A DNA stretch of 63,885 bases, filler included, from Candidatus Nanoarchaeia archaeon (lineage in GTDB: Archaea; Nanobdellota; Nanobdellia; Woesearchaeales; DATDTY01), in the NCBI GenBank assembly GCA_035290625.1. It is 5 parts of 4 records of this genome, joined end to end, with 100 filler letters (N's around TTAATTAATTAA, not from the genome) between each part and the next. Parts side by side here need not be neighbours in the genome. Positions count along the whole stretch, not along the records: positions 1 to 20,766 come from DATDTY010000045.1; 4 more parts are not named here. One strand, written 5' to 3'. Of this stretch, positions 9,844 through 19,600 are shown one piece after another. Each line of letters begins with the position of its first letter. Position 1 is the first letter of the stretch. Made by a program: the position numbers and the translations under genes. The notes under the pieces were generated by a model. The model saw only the letters and a list, made by a program, of their open reading frames with translations, made no database searches and was not told the origin of the DNA.

Positions 9844-11556
9844 ATGAAAATACTCGGGATACACCTGTCTCATGATTCAGGAGCTGCAATCATAGAAGAT
9901 GGGAAGATTTTAGTGGCTGTAAATGAGGAGCGGCTTCTTCGGATCAAGCTCTATTGGGGGATTCCGTATAAGTCCATTGACGAAGTCTTTAGGATTTCCG
10001 GAGTAAAGCCTGAGGAGATTGATGCTGTCGCGATTGCAAATATAACTCCGGGAGCAGGAGCCAACCAGGATTTCAGGATTCCGAATAAAAGGAGATTTGT
10101 CATGGATCAATTGAGCAAGATGCCTTCACTCATCGGATCCTCTGCTTTTATTTCTGCGTACCGGGTAGTGTATTCAAGGATGAAGCATGGAAAGGAGGTT
10201 ATTGAGCATATCAGAAAGAAGGGAGTTAATGCCCAGGTTGAGTTTGTGGAGCATCATGAATGCCATGCTGCGGGCGCGTTTTACACTGCTCCTTTCACTA
10301 ATTTCAAGGATTGCATTGTTGTTACAACAGACTCAAGCGGGGATGGGTTGTGCGCGACTGTAAATGTTGTAGATGAGCATAATGGATTGAAGCGGGTTGC
10401 TTGGACTCCTTTTTACCATTCGCCTGCGTCGATCTACAGTTATATCACTTTTAATATGGGATTTGTTGACGGGAGGCATGAAGGAAAGGTTACAGGATTG
10501 GCTGCGTATGGAGATGCAAAGAAGGGGTATCCTCTGTTCGAGAAGATGATGAAGACAGAGGGGATGCAATATCGAAGGACTCCTTTTGTGAAAGGATGGG
10601 GGAGGACTGCTGCTGCAAGAGTTCATCTCCTCACCCAACATATGAAAAGAGAAGATATTGCTGCCGGGCTGCAGAAGAGATTTGAAGAGGTGTGCAGGGA
10701 TCTTGTTCAGAATTCTTTAAAGGAATACCCGAGAAAGAATGTTTGTCTGGCAGGAGGAGGGTTTGCAAATGTGCGGGCGAACCAAGTTGTATCTGAGATT
10801 GAGGGTGTCGAGAAGGCCTATATCCACCCTCACATGGGAGACGGAGGATTAGCAGTCGGAGCTGCTTTAGGCTTATGGGCTAGAAAGACCATCGCAGATG
10901 GAAGAAAACCAATGCCTGTTGGGATTTCTCATGCGTACTTTGGGCCTGAATACAATGAAGAGTTTATTGAGAATGAATTGAAGAGGCATAATGTGAAGTA
11001 CCAGTATGTCAAGGATATTGAAGGATGGGTTGGCCAGCTTGTGGCAAACAAGAAGATTGTGGGAAGATTCAACGGAAGGATGGAATACGGTCCAAGGGCT
11101 TTGGGCAACAGGTCGATATTGGCTGACCCTACGGATAAGTTCATCAATGCGTGGCTGAACAAGAGGCTTAACAGGACTGAGTTCATGCCTTTCGCTCCTT
11201 CAATTTTGCGGGATGCTGCTGAGGACTATTATGCAGATTTTGGTTCTAAAGAGATCGCAACCTGGTTTATGACGATAACGCTGAATTCTACAAAACGGGC
11301 TGCTGAAGAAGCTCCTGCTGTCAACCATCTTGACAACACTGCCAGGCCGCAGACAGTATCCAGTGATCAGAACCAGAGTTATTACAAAATCCTGAAGAGC
11401 TATTATGATATAACAAGAAGGCCGTTGTTCGTAAATACCTCGTTCAATATGCATGAAGAAGCGATTGTATGCACCCCTGATGATGCCCTAAGGTCATTGA
11501 AGCTGGGAGCTGTTGATGTTCTTGCGATAGGGAATTTTTTGGCTGAGGTACGGTAA
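9844..11556 (+). CDS. Second, divergent O-carbamoyltransferase (NodU/CmcH family)
   Basis: HDSGAA, NEERLLRIK, HHECHAA, HEGKVTGLAAYG, EYGPRALGNRS, FMPFAP, HLDNTARPQ, NTSFN. Confidence 0.95.
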   Translation: MKILGIHLSHDSGAAIIEDGKILVAVNEERLLRIKLYWGIPYKSIDEVFRISGVKPEEIDAVAIANITPGAGANQDFRIPNKRRFVMDQLSKMPSLIGSSAFISAYRVVYSRMKHGKEVIEHIRKKGVNAQVEFVEHHECHAAGAFYTAPFTNFKDCIVVTTDSSGDGLCATVNVVDEHNGLKRVAWTPFYHSPASIYSYITFNMGFVDGRHEGKVTGLAAYGDAKKGYPLFEKMMKTEGMQYRRTPFVKGWGRTAAARVHLLTQHMKREDIAAGLQKRFEEVCRDLVQNSLKEYPRKNVCLAGGGFANVRANQVVSEIEGVEKAYIHPHMGDGGLAVGAALGLWARKTIADGRKPMPVGISHAYFGPEYNEEFIENELKRHNVKYQYVKDIEGWVGQLVANKKIVGRFNGRMEYGPRALGNRSILADPTDKFINAWLNKRLNRTEFMPFAPSILRDAAEDYYADFGSKEIATWFMTITLNSTKRAAEEAPAVNHLDNTARPQTVSSDQNQSYYKILKSYYDITRRPLFVNTSFNMHEEAIVCTPDDALRSLKLGAVDVLAIGNFLAEVR

Positions 11557-11985
11557 ATGCGCTGGATTTCTCTGGCCGCCCTTGTTGTTTTTTTATTGCT
11601 ATCTGCGTATTCTTTTTCCATGTATGAGAGATATTATCCGAGCATAACTGGGTTTTCAAAGAATCCTCAGATGTATGACGGAAGGATCATTGAGGCTGAA
11701 GGAAGGATTTATCAGTCAGATGGAAGGTATTTTTTGGAGACAACAAGCAATATCCCGGTTGAGATTGTATCTGATAAGGAGATAGAGGTTCCAAAATTGG
11801 GCTCAGGAGTTGTTGTTGGAAGATTGAGAGGAGATGGAACTCTGCAGGCGGAGGATATTCATATTGAAGATTATCATGATTTTAAGTATGCGGTGTCAAT
11901 AGCTGCCTTTCTTGTTTTTCTGGCGTTTTTCTTCAGGGCGTGGAGGATTTCATTACATGGGTTTGCGGTGAGGAAGCGTGCCTGA
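11557..11985 (+). CDS. Hypothetical membrane protein with extracellular beta-rich domain
   Basis: N- and C-terminal TMs; abuts upstream stop codon. Confidence 0.7.
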   Translation: MRWISLAALVVFLLLSAYSFSMYERYYPSITGFSKNPQMYDGRIIEAEGRIYQSDGRYFLETTSNIPVEIVSDKEIEVPKLGSGVVVGRLRGDGTLQAEDIHIEDYHDFKYAVSIAAFLVFLAFFFRAWRISLHGFAVRKRA

Positions 11986-12451
11986 CTGGGTAGGCCATAT
12001 CTTATTTGCATTGATCCTCTGCGAGATTGGCAGGGTCAAAAAAGGAGAGATGAGAGCTCTTGTTGTCCTTGGCGCATTATTGCCTGATATCGTGAGCAAG
12101 GCACATCTTCTGGGATTCTTTCTTCCGTTTAATGCAGAGCAGATGTTCCTGTTTTTCCATCCGACAGCTCATTCGTTATTAGGGGCGTTTTTGCTTGCCT
12201 TGATTGCCTCAGGATTGTTTGTTTATGACCAGAAGAAGGCTTTTTTGCTGTTGAGCATTGGCTCTGTTTCCCATATCCTGGCTGACATGACGAATCGGTT
12301 TTTTGTCTATGGGCCGATTCATGTGTGGCTTCCGTTCTCGTTCCAGAGCACGTTTGCAGGACTGTTCTGGAGCGATGAGTATTTATATCAAATCCTTCTG
12401 TTTCTGGTGTTGTATATGGCTCTACTTGCTGTCAAGGGATGGAAACGATGA
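11978..12451 (+). CDS. Membrane metal-dependent hydrolase (YdjM-like)
   Basis: H..F, GALLPD, HS, SHILAD motifs. Confidence 0.75.
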   Translation: MPDWVGHILFALILCEIGRVKKGEMRALVVLGALLPDIVSKAHLLGFFLPFNAEQMFLFFHPTAHSLLGAFLLALIASGLFVYDQKKAFLLLSIGSVSHILADMTNRFFVYGPIHVWLPFSFQSTFAGLFWSDEYLYQILLFLVLYMALLAVKGWKR

Positions 12452-13392
12452 AATGGGTTCATGCCCTTATGCGAATCGGGTTTGGAGTTGCTATCCTTGC
12501 TGCTTTGTTCTATACTGTCGGGATTAAGGAGGTTATTAACCATCTTGGCCAGGCTAATGTATTGGTTGTTGTGCTTGCTGTCACCTTTTTCGGCCTCGGG
12601 ATGCTCATCGGAGCAGGGAATTTCATGATGCTGGCGTGGCCGGTGAATAATAAGATTAGGTATCTTGAGTTTGTCAGAATCTTTTCCCTAAGCTGGGCGA
12701 TAAGCCTGTTCCTGCCTTCAAGGATTGGAGAGCTTTCCCTTATTTACTATCTGAAGAAGGAAGGGATAGAGATGGGCAAGGCTGCGGCATTATTTTTGAT
12801 TGATAAGATGATTACGACTGCGATCATTGTTACGCTTGCCGTGTTTGGATTCTTCTTGTTCTTTCCTGAGACGAATGCTGCATTCACAGTCTTGCTTATT
12901 CTGTTAGGAGCCGGGATTTTAGGGCTGTTGGTTTTTCTTGAGCCTGTAAGAATGTTCACCCGAAGACACGTCTTGAGGTCTTATGCAGGCAGGTTTGACA
13001 AATTTCTAGATACGTTTATTTACTATGTGAAGAATCACAAGGCAAGGCTGTCTTTGAATTTCTGCATTTCAGTCGTCAAGTGGTTTGTTCTGACGTGGTT
13101 CATGTGGTTTTTGTTTAAGAGCATTGGCGTTTCTCTGGATCTTTTTACTTTGATGGAAATCCAGGCGATGCTTGTGATCGTTGCTTTGGTTCCTATCACG
13201 TTAAATGGACTCGGGGTCAGGGAATCTGCAGGGGTCTTTCTGTATTCTCAAGTAGGGGTGAATGCTGAGGCTGCCGCTGCTTTCTTTCTTCTTTTGCTGA
13301 TATTGAACTATATCATTGCAAGCCTGATATTTCTGTTCTTTTGGGGAAGGGTTAAGGAGCATGTGAAGGCTGCTGGAGAGGAGTCGCAATGA
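12448..13392 (+). CDS. Lysylphosphatidylglycerol synthase TM-domain / UPF0104 flippase-like protein
   Basis: LPSRIGE and PITLNGLGVRE motifs, multi-TM; its TGA stop lies within repeat copy C. Confidence 0.85.
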   Translation: MKWVHALMRIGFGVAILAALFYTVGIKEVINHLGQANVLVVVLAVTFFGLGMLIGAGNFMMLAWPVNNKIRYLEFVRIFSLSWAISLFLPSRIGELSLIYYLKKEGIEMGKAAALFLIDKMITTAIIVTLAVFGFFLFFPETNAAFTVLLILLGAGILGLLVFLEPVRMFTRRHVLRSYAGRFDKFLDTFIYYVKNHKARLSLNFCISVVKWFVLTWFMWFLFKSIGVSLDLFTLMEIQAMLVIVALVPITLNGLGVRESAGVFLYSQVGVNAEAAAAFFLLLLILNYIIASLIFLFFWGRVKEHVKAAGEESQ

Positions 13393-13543
13393 AAAGTTGC
13401 TCACTTCGTTCGGCAACGCCTAGTTCGCCATGTACTGTTTCGGCTGTTGAACGACATTCCCCGTATGGGGCGTCCCCCTTGTCGTTGCTCTGCTCTCTGT
13501 TTAAATGGCTCACGGATGGCGTTGCATCGCTTTTCATTGCGAC
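13383..13543. repeat. Structured ~161-bp repeat family, copy C
   Basis: TIRs GTCGCAATGAAAAG / CTTTTCATTGCGAC; stems GCAACGCC/GGCGTTGC, GCCAT/ATGGC, AACGACA/TGTCGTT. Confidence 0.92.
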
Positions 13544-13559
13544 TTGAGGAGGAAAAGCT

Positions 13560-14117
13560 TTGAAAACAATAAAAGTCTATGCTGCAGGGAAGATTTCCAA
13601 GGAATCTGTTTTCAAAACGCATAGCTGGAGAGACGATTTCTGCAAGGAACTGTCTGCCAAGTCTGGCTTTGAGATTGTTAACCTGGACACAACAAAGGCT
13701 GATGAAGATTTTGATTTTGACCAGGGAAATCCTGAGCTGATTGTTGGAAGAAATTGCTTTATGATACAAAAAGCTGACCTGGTCATTGCCTATCTGTCTG
13801 ATGACATAAGCGTAGGAGGATCGCAGGAAATGCTCATTGCAAAATACTTCAAGAGGCCTTTGCTTGGGATTGCTCCAAAAAATGGGAAGTTTAATGCCTC
13901 AGAGAAGGAGGTGCTTGGAAGAACCTACAAGGATTATATCGATCCGTTTGTTGCAGTCTCATGCGATGCTGTTGTTGCAGACATTGATGAGGCAGCCAGG
14001 TTCATAAAAGAGTTTTTCAGCAGAGAAGCCAGGAAGGCTAAAGGATTGCATATTCTTGATGATGCCACAGCCTATTATCTCAAACAGTTCTATCCTTCTG
14101 ACCGTGTGATGCATTAA
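13560..14117 (+). CDS. Nucleoside 2-deoxyribosyltransferase-like Rossmann-fold protein
   Basis: KVYAAG, WR, IQKADLVIAYL, SVGGSQEM...AKY..RP; GAGGAGG before TTG start. Confidence 0.65.
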   Translation: MKTIKVYAAGKISKESVFKTHSWRDDFCKELSAKSGFEIVNLDTTKADEDFDFDQGNPELIVGRNCFMIQKADLVIAYLSDDISVGGSQEMLIAKYFKRPLLGIAPKNGKFNASEKEVLGRTYKDYIDPFVAVSCDAVVADIDEAARFIKEFFSREARKAKGLHILDDATAYYLKQFYPSDRVMH

Positions 14118-14156
14118 GACGGCAGTTTTAAAAAGCAAACTCAGTTCCTGTTGCTG

Positions 14157-15800
14157 ATGCATCCCAAAACAGCAGTGAGATGGCTTATTGCAGTGATGAT
14201 TGCAACCCTTGCTTTTAAGATCGCTATCAGTTTTCTGCCTGTTGAGTTCCTGCTGACAAAGACTATTGATGAGGATGCTTTTTATTATTTCATGCTGAGC
14301 CAGAACATTGCTTCTGGAAATGGAGCAACGTTTGACAGAGTCAATCCTACGAATGGGTTCCAGCCGTTATGGACATGGATGCTTGTTCCTCTGTATTGGA
14401 TATTTCCTGCATTTTCATTGCAGGCTGTTACGCTGTCTCTTGTTGTGCTGATGATATTTAGTGTTGCTACTTCATATTTTGTGTTTAGGATTGTTGAGAA
14501 ATATACGAATTCTTCTGCAGGGTTAGTTGCAGGATTGTTTTGGCTGCTGAATCCGTTTGTGTTTTTTATCGGGCTGAATGGAATGGAGACTGCAATGGCT
14601 GGATGGTTTTTTGGGTTATTGATATTTGTGTATGTAAATTTGAGGAAGGGTGTATTTGAGATGAAGGATTATTTTCTTATAGGCATTACTGCTGCGTTGG
14701 CAATCTACAGTCGTTTTGATGCTGTGCTGCTGTTTATTGTCATTCTCTTCGATATGATGGTTGCTCAGACGGGGAATATTGCGGAGAAATTTAAGCCTGC
14801 TTTTTTTACCGGGATTATTGTTACTTTGCTTATTCTTCCGTGGTTTGTGTGGAATTATGTGAACTTTGATACAATACGGCAGGTGAGCAGCGTTGCGATT
14901 CCGTTCCAGCACCATCAATGGTTCCTTGAGGAGTATGGAAGCTACTTGAGCGGCGCGTTTGTGTGGAGGGAGGTGTCCTATGCAAGTATTGCCGCAGGAA
15001 TCGCTTTCATGATCTCGGGATTCGGGGGATTGCTGCCTTTCGGGATGGTGAGATATAGTTATTACTTCTCGTCATTGAGTTCTATACTTGTGTGGGGAGG
15101 TATAGGATTGATTATCCTTTTATTCATTATCAAGACTGGGGGGAAGTTTAAAGGGTTTTATGCAAAAATAAAGAGCCTGAATTTCCTGCTTGTCTTTAGC
15201 CTGCTGATTTTCCTGTACTATCCCTTGTACCACTGGTATCTTCCGATGAGGTATTTTTATCCGTTGCTTATTGTTATTTCAATCTATTTTGGGCTGCTCT
15301 TTTATTATTTGTCTTGGGTTGCCTTGAAAAAATACCATTATAGAACTATCGCACTCGGTTTTTTAGGAGTCCTGGTGCTTTTGTCTTTTGTCCAATCCGG
15401 AAGAGAATTCTGGAGCTTTGGAAGAAGCCCTTGGCATAAGGAGTTCCTGGATGACGCCTCCTGGATTAAAGCCAATACTCCGCCGGATGCTGTGATAGGG
15501 GCGTTTAATGCAGGGATTTTAGGCTATTTCAGCGGAAGGAGGGTCGTGAACCTGGATGGGGTTATCAACAATAATGCGTTTGAGGCGATGAAAGGAGAGA
15601 GGCTTGGAGAGTTTATGCTGGAGCAGAACATCAGCTACCTTTCGGATCACCAGCACTCTGTGGATATCTTTTCTACGTTTTACGGGAAAGAATGGGGAAA
15701 AGAGCATTTACGGCTTGAAAGACAGATTCCAGGAACGTTTCATGGGGATAATCCGAGGGTGATTTATAGGGTGCTTCAAAACGCAACCCTTAAATATTAG
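14157..15800 (+). CDS. GT-C (GT39/PMT/ArnT-like) membrane glycosyltransferase
   Basis: EDAFYY, TNGFQPLW, GMET, SRFD, and C-terminal AGILGYFS..VNLDG; multi-TM. Confidence 0.8.
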   Translation: MHPKTAVRWLIAVMIATLAFKIAISFLPVEFLLTKTIDEDAFYYFMLSQNIASGNGATFDRVNPTNGFQPLWTWMLVPLYWIFPAFSLQAVTLSLVVLMIFSVATSYFVFRIVEKYTNSSAGLVAGLFWLLNPFVFFIGLNGMETAMAGWFFGLLIFVYVNLRKGVFEMKDYFLIGITAALAIYSRFDAVLLFIVILFDMMVAQTGNIAEKFKPAFFTGIIVTLLILPWFVWNYVNFDTIRQVSSVAIPFQHHQWFLEEYGSYLSGAFVWREVSYASIAAGIAFMISGFGGLLPFGMVRYSYYFSSLSSILVWGGIGLIILLFIIKTGGKFKGFYAKIKSLNFLLVFSLLIFLYYPLYHWYLPMRYFYPLLIVISIYFGLLFYYLSWVALKKYHYRTIALGFLGVLVLLSFVQSGREFWSFGRSPWHKEFLDDASWIKANTPPDAVIGAFNAGILGYFSGRRVVNLDGVINNNAFEAMKGERLGEFMLEQNISYLSDHQHSVDIFSTFYGKEWGKEHLRLERQIPGTFHGDNPRVIYRVLQNATLKY

Positions 15801-15801
15801 T

Positions 15802-15819
15802 TGTATATACGTATATACA
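15802..15819. promoter_or_regulatory. Perfect 18-bp palindrome (candidate operator)
   Basis: TGTATATAC-GTATATACA, ending at the A of ATG 15819. Confidence 0.55.
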
Positions 15820-16592
15820 TGGAAACAAAGGTTGTGCAGAGATTCGGAAACAGCGGCCATGTCGTGCTGCCCAAAGAGTATGTTGGAAAACGGATAGCAT
15901 TTCTAGGCCAGCCTAAAATCTTTGGAGACATCAAGAGGGAAGTGTTAGAGATGCTGGCTCCCTGTTCTGAGCATATTCTCGGGGTTTATCTGTATGGATC
16001 CTATGCCAGGCAAGAAGAGGCCGCTGAGTCAGATGTTGATATCCTGGTCGTTGCTGATCGCAAGCTGCAATTGGAAAAGAAGATACTGGCCTATTCGATT
16101 GCGGTTGTTACCCTCAATGAGATGGATACCTTATTGAGAGAGAATGCAGTTCTTCTGCTTCCAATAATTAAAGAGGCTAAAGCTGTCATTAACCCGATGC
16201 TCCTTGAAGGGTATAAAGAGAAGACATTTACTTTCAGGAATACTCATACATTTTTGGAGAACACTACCAAGATATTGGGGCTGAATAGGAAAGGGCTTGA
16301 TATGGATTTTGAGATTGGAAGCCTTGTATATTCCCTGATGCTGAGAATCCGGGGGCTCTTGATGATTGAGCTTATTAGGAATGGCGGCTCTTACTCGAAA
16401 TCTGCATTATTTGAGTTCTTGCGAAGCAACGGGATCTCCGCCGCTAAGATTAAGGAGTTCTACACGATTTACGGCAATGAGAGAGAAGGTGAGAGAGTAA
16501 CAGAAAGCAGCGTAATCGGCAAGAGGGATATTGAGTTATTATTGAGGACTGCTGAACAATTGCTGGGGAAGGCTGAGGCTGGAATCCGATGA
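15819..16592 (+). CDS. DUF2080/AbrB-like domain fused to minimal nucleotidyltransferase (MNT) and a helical C-terminal domain
   Basis: RFGNSGHVVLPKEYVGK; YLYGSYAR...SDVDILV. Confidence 0.8.
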   Translation: METKVVQRFGNSGHVVLPKEYVGKRIAFLGQPKIFGDIKREVLEMLAPCSEHILGVYLYGSYARQEEAAESDVDILVVADRKLQLEKKILAYSIAVVTLNEMDTLLRENAVLLLPIIKEAKAVINPMLLEGYKEKTFTFRNTHTFLENTTKILGLNRKGLDMDFEIGSLVYSLMLRIRGLLMIELIRNGGSYSKSALFEFLRSNGISAAKIKEFYTIYGNEREGERVTESSVIGKRDIELLLRTAEQLLGKAEAGIR

Positions 16593-16807
16593 GCAAGAAG
16601 AAGTATAAGAAGGGGGTTGAGAGCATACAAGGCCAGATAGATACTCATAAGGATCTTAAGTTAGCTTCAGCAATTCTGGAAGGAAATACAGAACTCGCAG
16701 GGTATTATGAAAAAGAGATTAAGCGGCTGGAAGGACAGCTTCGGGAAAAACAGATGAAATTGCTGCCTCGACGCAAGAGGGTTGCGGAACTGAAATGCCA
16801 GACATAA
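16589..16807 (+). CDS. Small basic helical protein, putative partner of the MNT
   Basis: ATGA overlap with upstream gene. Confidence 0.7.
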   Translation: MSKKKYKKGVESIQGQIDTHKDLKLASAILEGNTELAGYYEKEIKRLEGQLREKQMKLLPRRKRVAELKCQT

Positions 16808-16919
16808 ATAACCCATAAAAGTGTTATGTCTGGCAAACATTAGTAAGCGATTTATTCTATGACTTATTTTTGTCGCTTACTACTGAAGCGGAAATGATTT
16901 AAAGGGCGTCTATTTGCTT

Positions 16920-17306
16920 ATGCAAATGCAAAAACAGGACTGGAAAAAGAAGCTTACTCCAGAGCAATACCATATCCTCCGGGAAAATGGGACTGAGACT
17001 GCGTTCACTGGAAAATACTGGAATACAAAGGATAAAGGGATGTATGTGTGCGCCGGTTGCGGAGCAAAGCTGTTTTCTTCTGGCACGAAGTTTGATTCTG
17101 GAACAGGATGGCCCAGCTTCTGGAAGCCTGTTTCTGAAGAGGCTGTGGAGAAGAAATCTGATACAAGCCACTTTATGAGAAGGACTGAGGTTCTATGCAA
17201 GAAATGCGGAGGGCATCTTGGGCATGTCTTTGATGATGGGCCTAAGCCGACAGGAAAGAGGTACTGCATCAATTCTGCGTGTTTGGAATTGAAGAAGAAG
17301 GGATAG
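16920..17306 (+). CDS. msrB: Peptide-methionine (R)-S-oxide reductase
   Basis: LTPEQY, GTE.AF, Cxx[22 protein letters not shown]. Confidence 0.96.
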   Translation: MQMQKQDWKKKLTPEQYHILRENGTETAFTGKYWNTKDKGMYVCAGCGAKLFSSGTKFDSGTGWPSFWKPVSEEAVEKKSDTSHFMRRTEVLCKKCGGHLGHVFDDGPKPTGKRYCINSACLELKKKG

Positions 17307-17399
17307 GAGTTCTTTTCGAGGTCTTCTAGTACCTTCCACCGGAGAGTGATGAATTACTTTTAAATATTATTAAAACCCTCAAGACAATATAGGGAGTTA

Positions 17400-17720
17400 A
17401 TGAAAATGATGAGAACCTGCAGTGTAGGATACCATGGAGATGGGAGGGCTCAAATAGAGATTGGAAAAGATGTCAACAGCTTTTTTTCAAAAGACAAGAG
17501 GGAGATAATCCTTAAAATAGGTAGTACTAGGTATTATACAAGATTGCCTGATTGTTTTTTCACGAATTGCAGACATTTGAGAACTGCCTATGACAAAATA
17601 GATAAAAAAGAGATTTTTTCAATGTTCTTCATGATTACAATCACTTCCTCAGCATATCAGCCAAGAATGCAAACAGCCAGACCTGGATTGATATGCTTAT
17701 CAAAAGAACTGCAAGCATGA
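17400..17720 (+). CDS. Hypothetical protein, possibly truncated or frameshifted
   Basis: GGGAG and TATA-like sequence upstream; 3' part runs 80 nt into the convergent GT2. Confidence 0.35.
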   Translation: MKMMRTCSVGYHGDGRAQIEIGKDVNSFFSKDKREIILKIGSTRYYTRLPDCFFTNCRHLRTAYDKIDKKEIFSMFFMITITSSAYQPRMQTARPGLICLSKELQA

Positions 17721-18522
17721 TGCTGGGAAAATGGCCGACAATGCCTGTTGTCAGGAAGAGGTAGGTGAGCCAGATTCCAAGAAGGAAGCCTGGCAGGAAA
17801 ATTATTGCTCCGAAAAGGCCGAAGAATTTTAACGGCTCATAATCACGGTAGATCCTGAACAGGTTGACCCCTGCCTTCAATGCGTAGTCAAACGGGCCTT
17901 TCATCAGCCTTGATTTTCCGTGCCTTCTGTTGAAGTGTACTGGAACTTCAACCACCTTGAATTTCTGCTTGACTGCCCGGATAATCTGCTCCTGGGTGTA
18001 GGTGAACCTGGAGGTTATCTTGACCTGCTCTGCGACTTCCCTTGTAAATGCCCGGAAGCCTGTCTGAAAGTCTGAGAAATGCTTCTGGATGATCCTTGAG
18101 ATGAGGCTGGAGAACGCTTTGTTTCCTATCCGCTTTATGATGGGCATATGCTCAATCTTTCCTTTGAATCTGCTTCCAAGGACAAGGTCTGCCCCTTTAT
18201 TTATCTCGTTCACTAATAAATGGATCTCTTCTGGAAGATATTGGCTGTCTGCATCAATATGGACTATAATATCTGGATTCAATAGCAGAATTTGCTCCAT
18301 CTCGGTTCGGAAGGTCTCGGCTAAGCCTAGGTTGCTGGGATGCCTGAAGACGACCGCTCCTTTGGACTTGGCTATTTCTGCTGTCCTGTCTTTGGAACCA
18401 TCATCAACAACCAGAATCTTTGCGTTATAGCCATTTTGGCGTATCACTTGCTTCAGTTTGTCAAGAAGAGCGCTTATCGTCTTCTCTTCGTTAAAGGCAG
18501 GGATGGTTATGGCTATGTTCAT
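17641..18522 (-). CDS. GT2 glycosyltransferase (DPM-synthase-like)
   Basis: IPAFNEE, VVDDGSKD, DADSQY, GSRF, two C-terminal TMs. Confidence 0.93.
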   Translation of the reverse strand: MNIAITIPAFNEEKTISALLDKLKQVIRQNGYNAKILVVDDGSKDRTAEIAKSKGAVVFRHPSNLGLAETFRTEMEQILLLNPDIIVHIDADSQYLPEEIHLLVNEINKGADLVLGSRFKGKIEHMPIIKRIGNKAFSSLISRIIQKHFSDFQTGFRAFTREVAEQVKITSRFTYTQEQIIRAVKQKFKVVEVPVHFNRRHGKSRLMKGPFDYALKAGVNLFRIYRDYEPLKFFGLFGAIIFLPGFLLGIWLTYLFLTTGIVGHFPSIMLAVLLISISIQVWLFAFLADMLRK

Positions 18523-18547
18523 AGAGGAGAAGAATCTTTGGCGTTAT

Positions 18548-19600
18548 TTATAGGTTGTGCTTGAGGCTTCTGCAGATGGACAGGATCTGTTTTCCGATAA
18601 CCCCGGGAGTTGCGTTCTTTTTGAATAAATCGTAGCCTCCTTTCGCAATCTTTTCTCGAAGCTGCTTGTTATTTTTGATGGTTAAGATTGCATCAGCCAA
18701 GCTTTTTGGATTTGCAGGCGAGCAGAAGTAGACGTTCTTTTTGTGGGTGAAGAGCTCCTCTGCTGCTTTTGTTTTTGCAGTTATCAGCGGCTTTTTCATT
18801 GCGATGACTTCATAGGCCTTGTTTGGGACCACTAAACTGGTTTTCTGGGTATCGCCAAAGATTCCCAAACCAACAGAGGCTGAAGCAATGTACTTTGGGA
18901 TTTCAATATTGGGTTTGCTTCCAAAGAACCTTAGATTTTTTAATTTAAGTTTCTTTGCAAGTTGCCTGCATTTCTTATAGGTCTGGCCATCTCCAACCAT
19001 GATGAAAATGACATCGTGTTTTTCCAGGAGCTTCGCTGCTTTTACTATGTACTCTGTTCCCTGTAATGGAATGAAGCCTCCATGAAACTCTACAATGAAC
19101 TTCTTTTCTTTTGCAGGCATCGGATAAAAGACATCATCATCTGCACCTATCCAGATCCTTTGTAGTTTTAAGCTGGGTATATTGAATTCTTTTGAGAAAT
19201 AATCACAGTGCTGGTTTGTGTCAAGAAGGATTTTGTCTGCCTGGATGCTGTTCTCATCCCAATGCCTGAAGAGCTTTGCTATGAGGGATGACTTTTTGAA
19301 TTTCTTCTTGTCAAAGGCGATTGTCTGGTAGCCTGAGAGAAAGGCATCAAGGATTAGAGGTTTGGAGGTGAGCCTGCGTATAATCGGAAGGAGAGGCTGG
19401 CTGTAAAAGCCTAGGAAGACAATATCATGAGGGGTTCCCCTCTTTGCCAGAAATTTTGCAAGGACTAACGGATAGCGGATGAGCGGATGCCTTGAGGAAG
19501 AGCACTCAATTATTTCGGCTCCGTTCTTTTTTAGGCCTTTAAGGATGATCTTGTTTCTTGCATAGGAAGGCTCTCTTCCTGAGATGAAAAGGATTCTCAT
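18548..19600 (-). CDS. GT4 glycosyltransferase
   Basis: MRILFISG start overlapping upstream stop; PNKAYE.IAMKKP.I. Confidence 0.88.
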   Translation of the reverse strand: MRILFISGREPSYARNKIILKGLKKNGAEIIECSSSRHPLIRYPLVLAKFLAKRGTPHDIVFLGFYSQPLLPIIRRLTSKPLILDAFLSGYQTIAFDKKKFKKSSLIAKLFRHWDENSIQADKILLDTNQHCDYFSKEFNIPSLKLQRIWIGADDDVFYPMPAKEKKFIVEFHGGFIPLQGTEYIVKAAKLLEKHDVIFIMVGDGQTYKKCRQLAKKLKLKNLRFFGSKPNIEIPKYIASASVGLGIFGDTQKTSLVVPNKAYEVIAMKKPLITAKTKAAEELFTHKKNVYFCSPANPKSLADAILTIKNNKQLREKIAKGGYDLFKKNATPGVIGKQILSICRSLKHNL

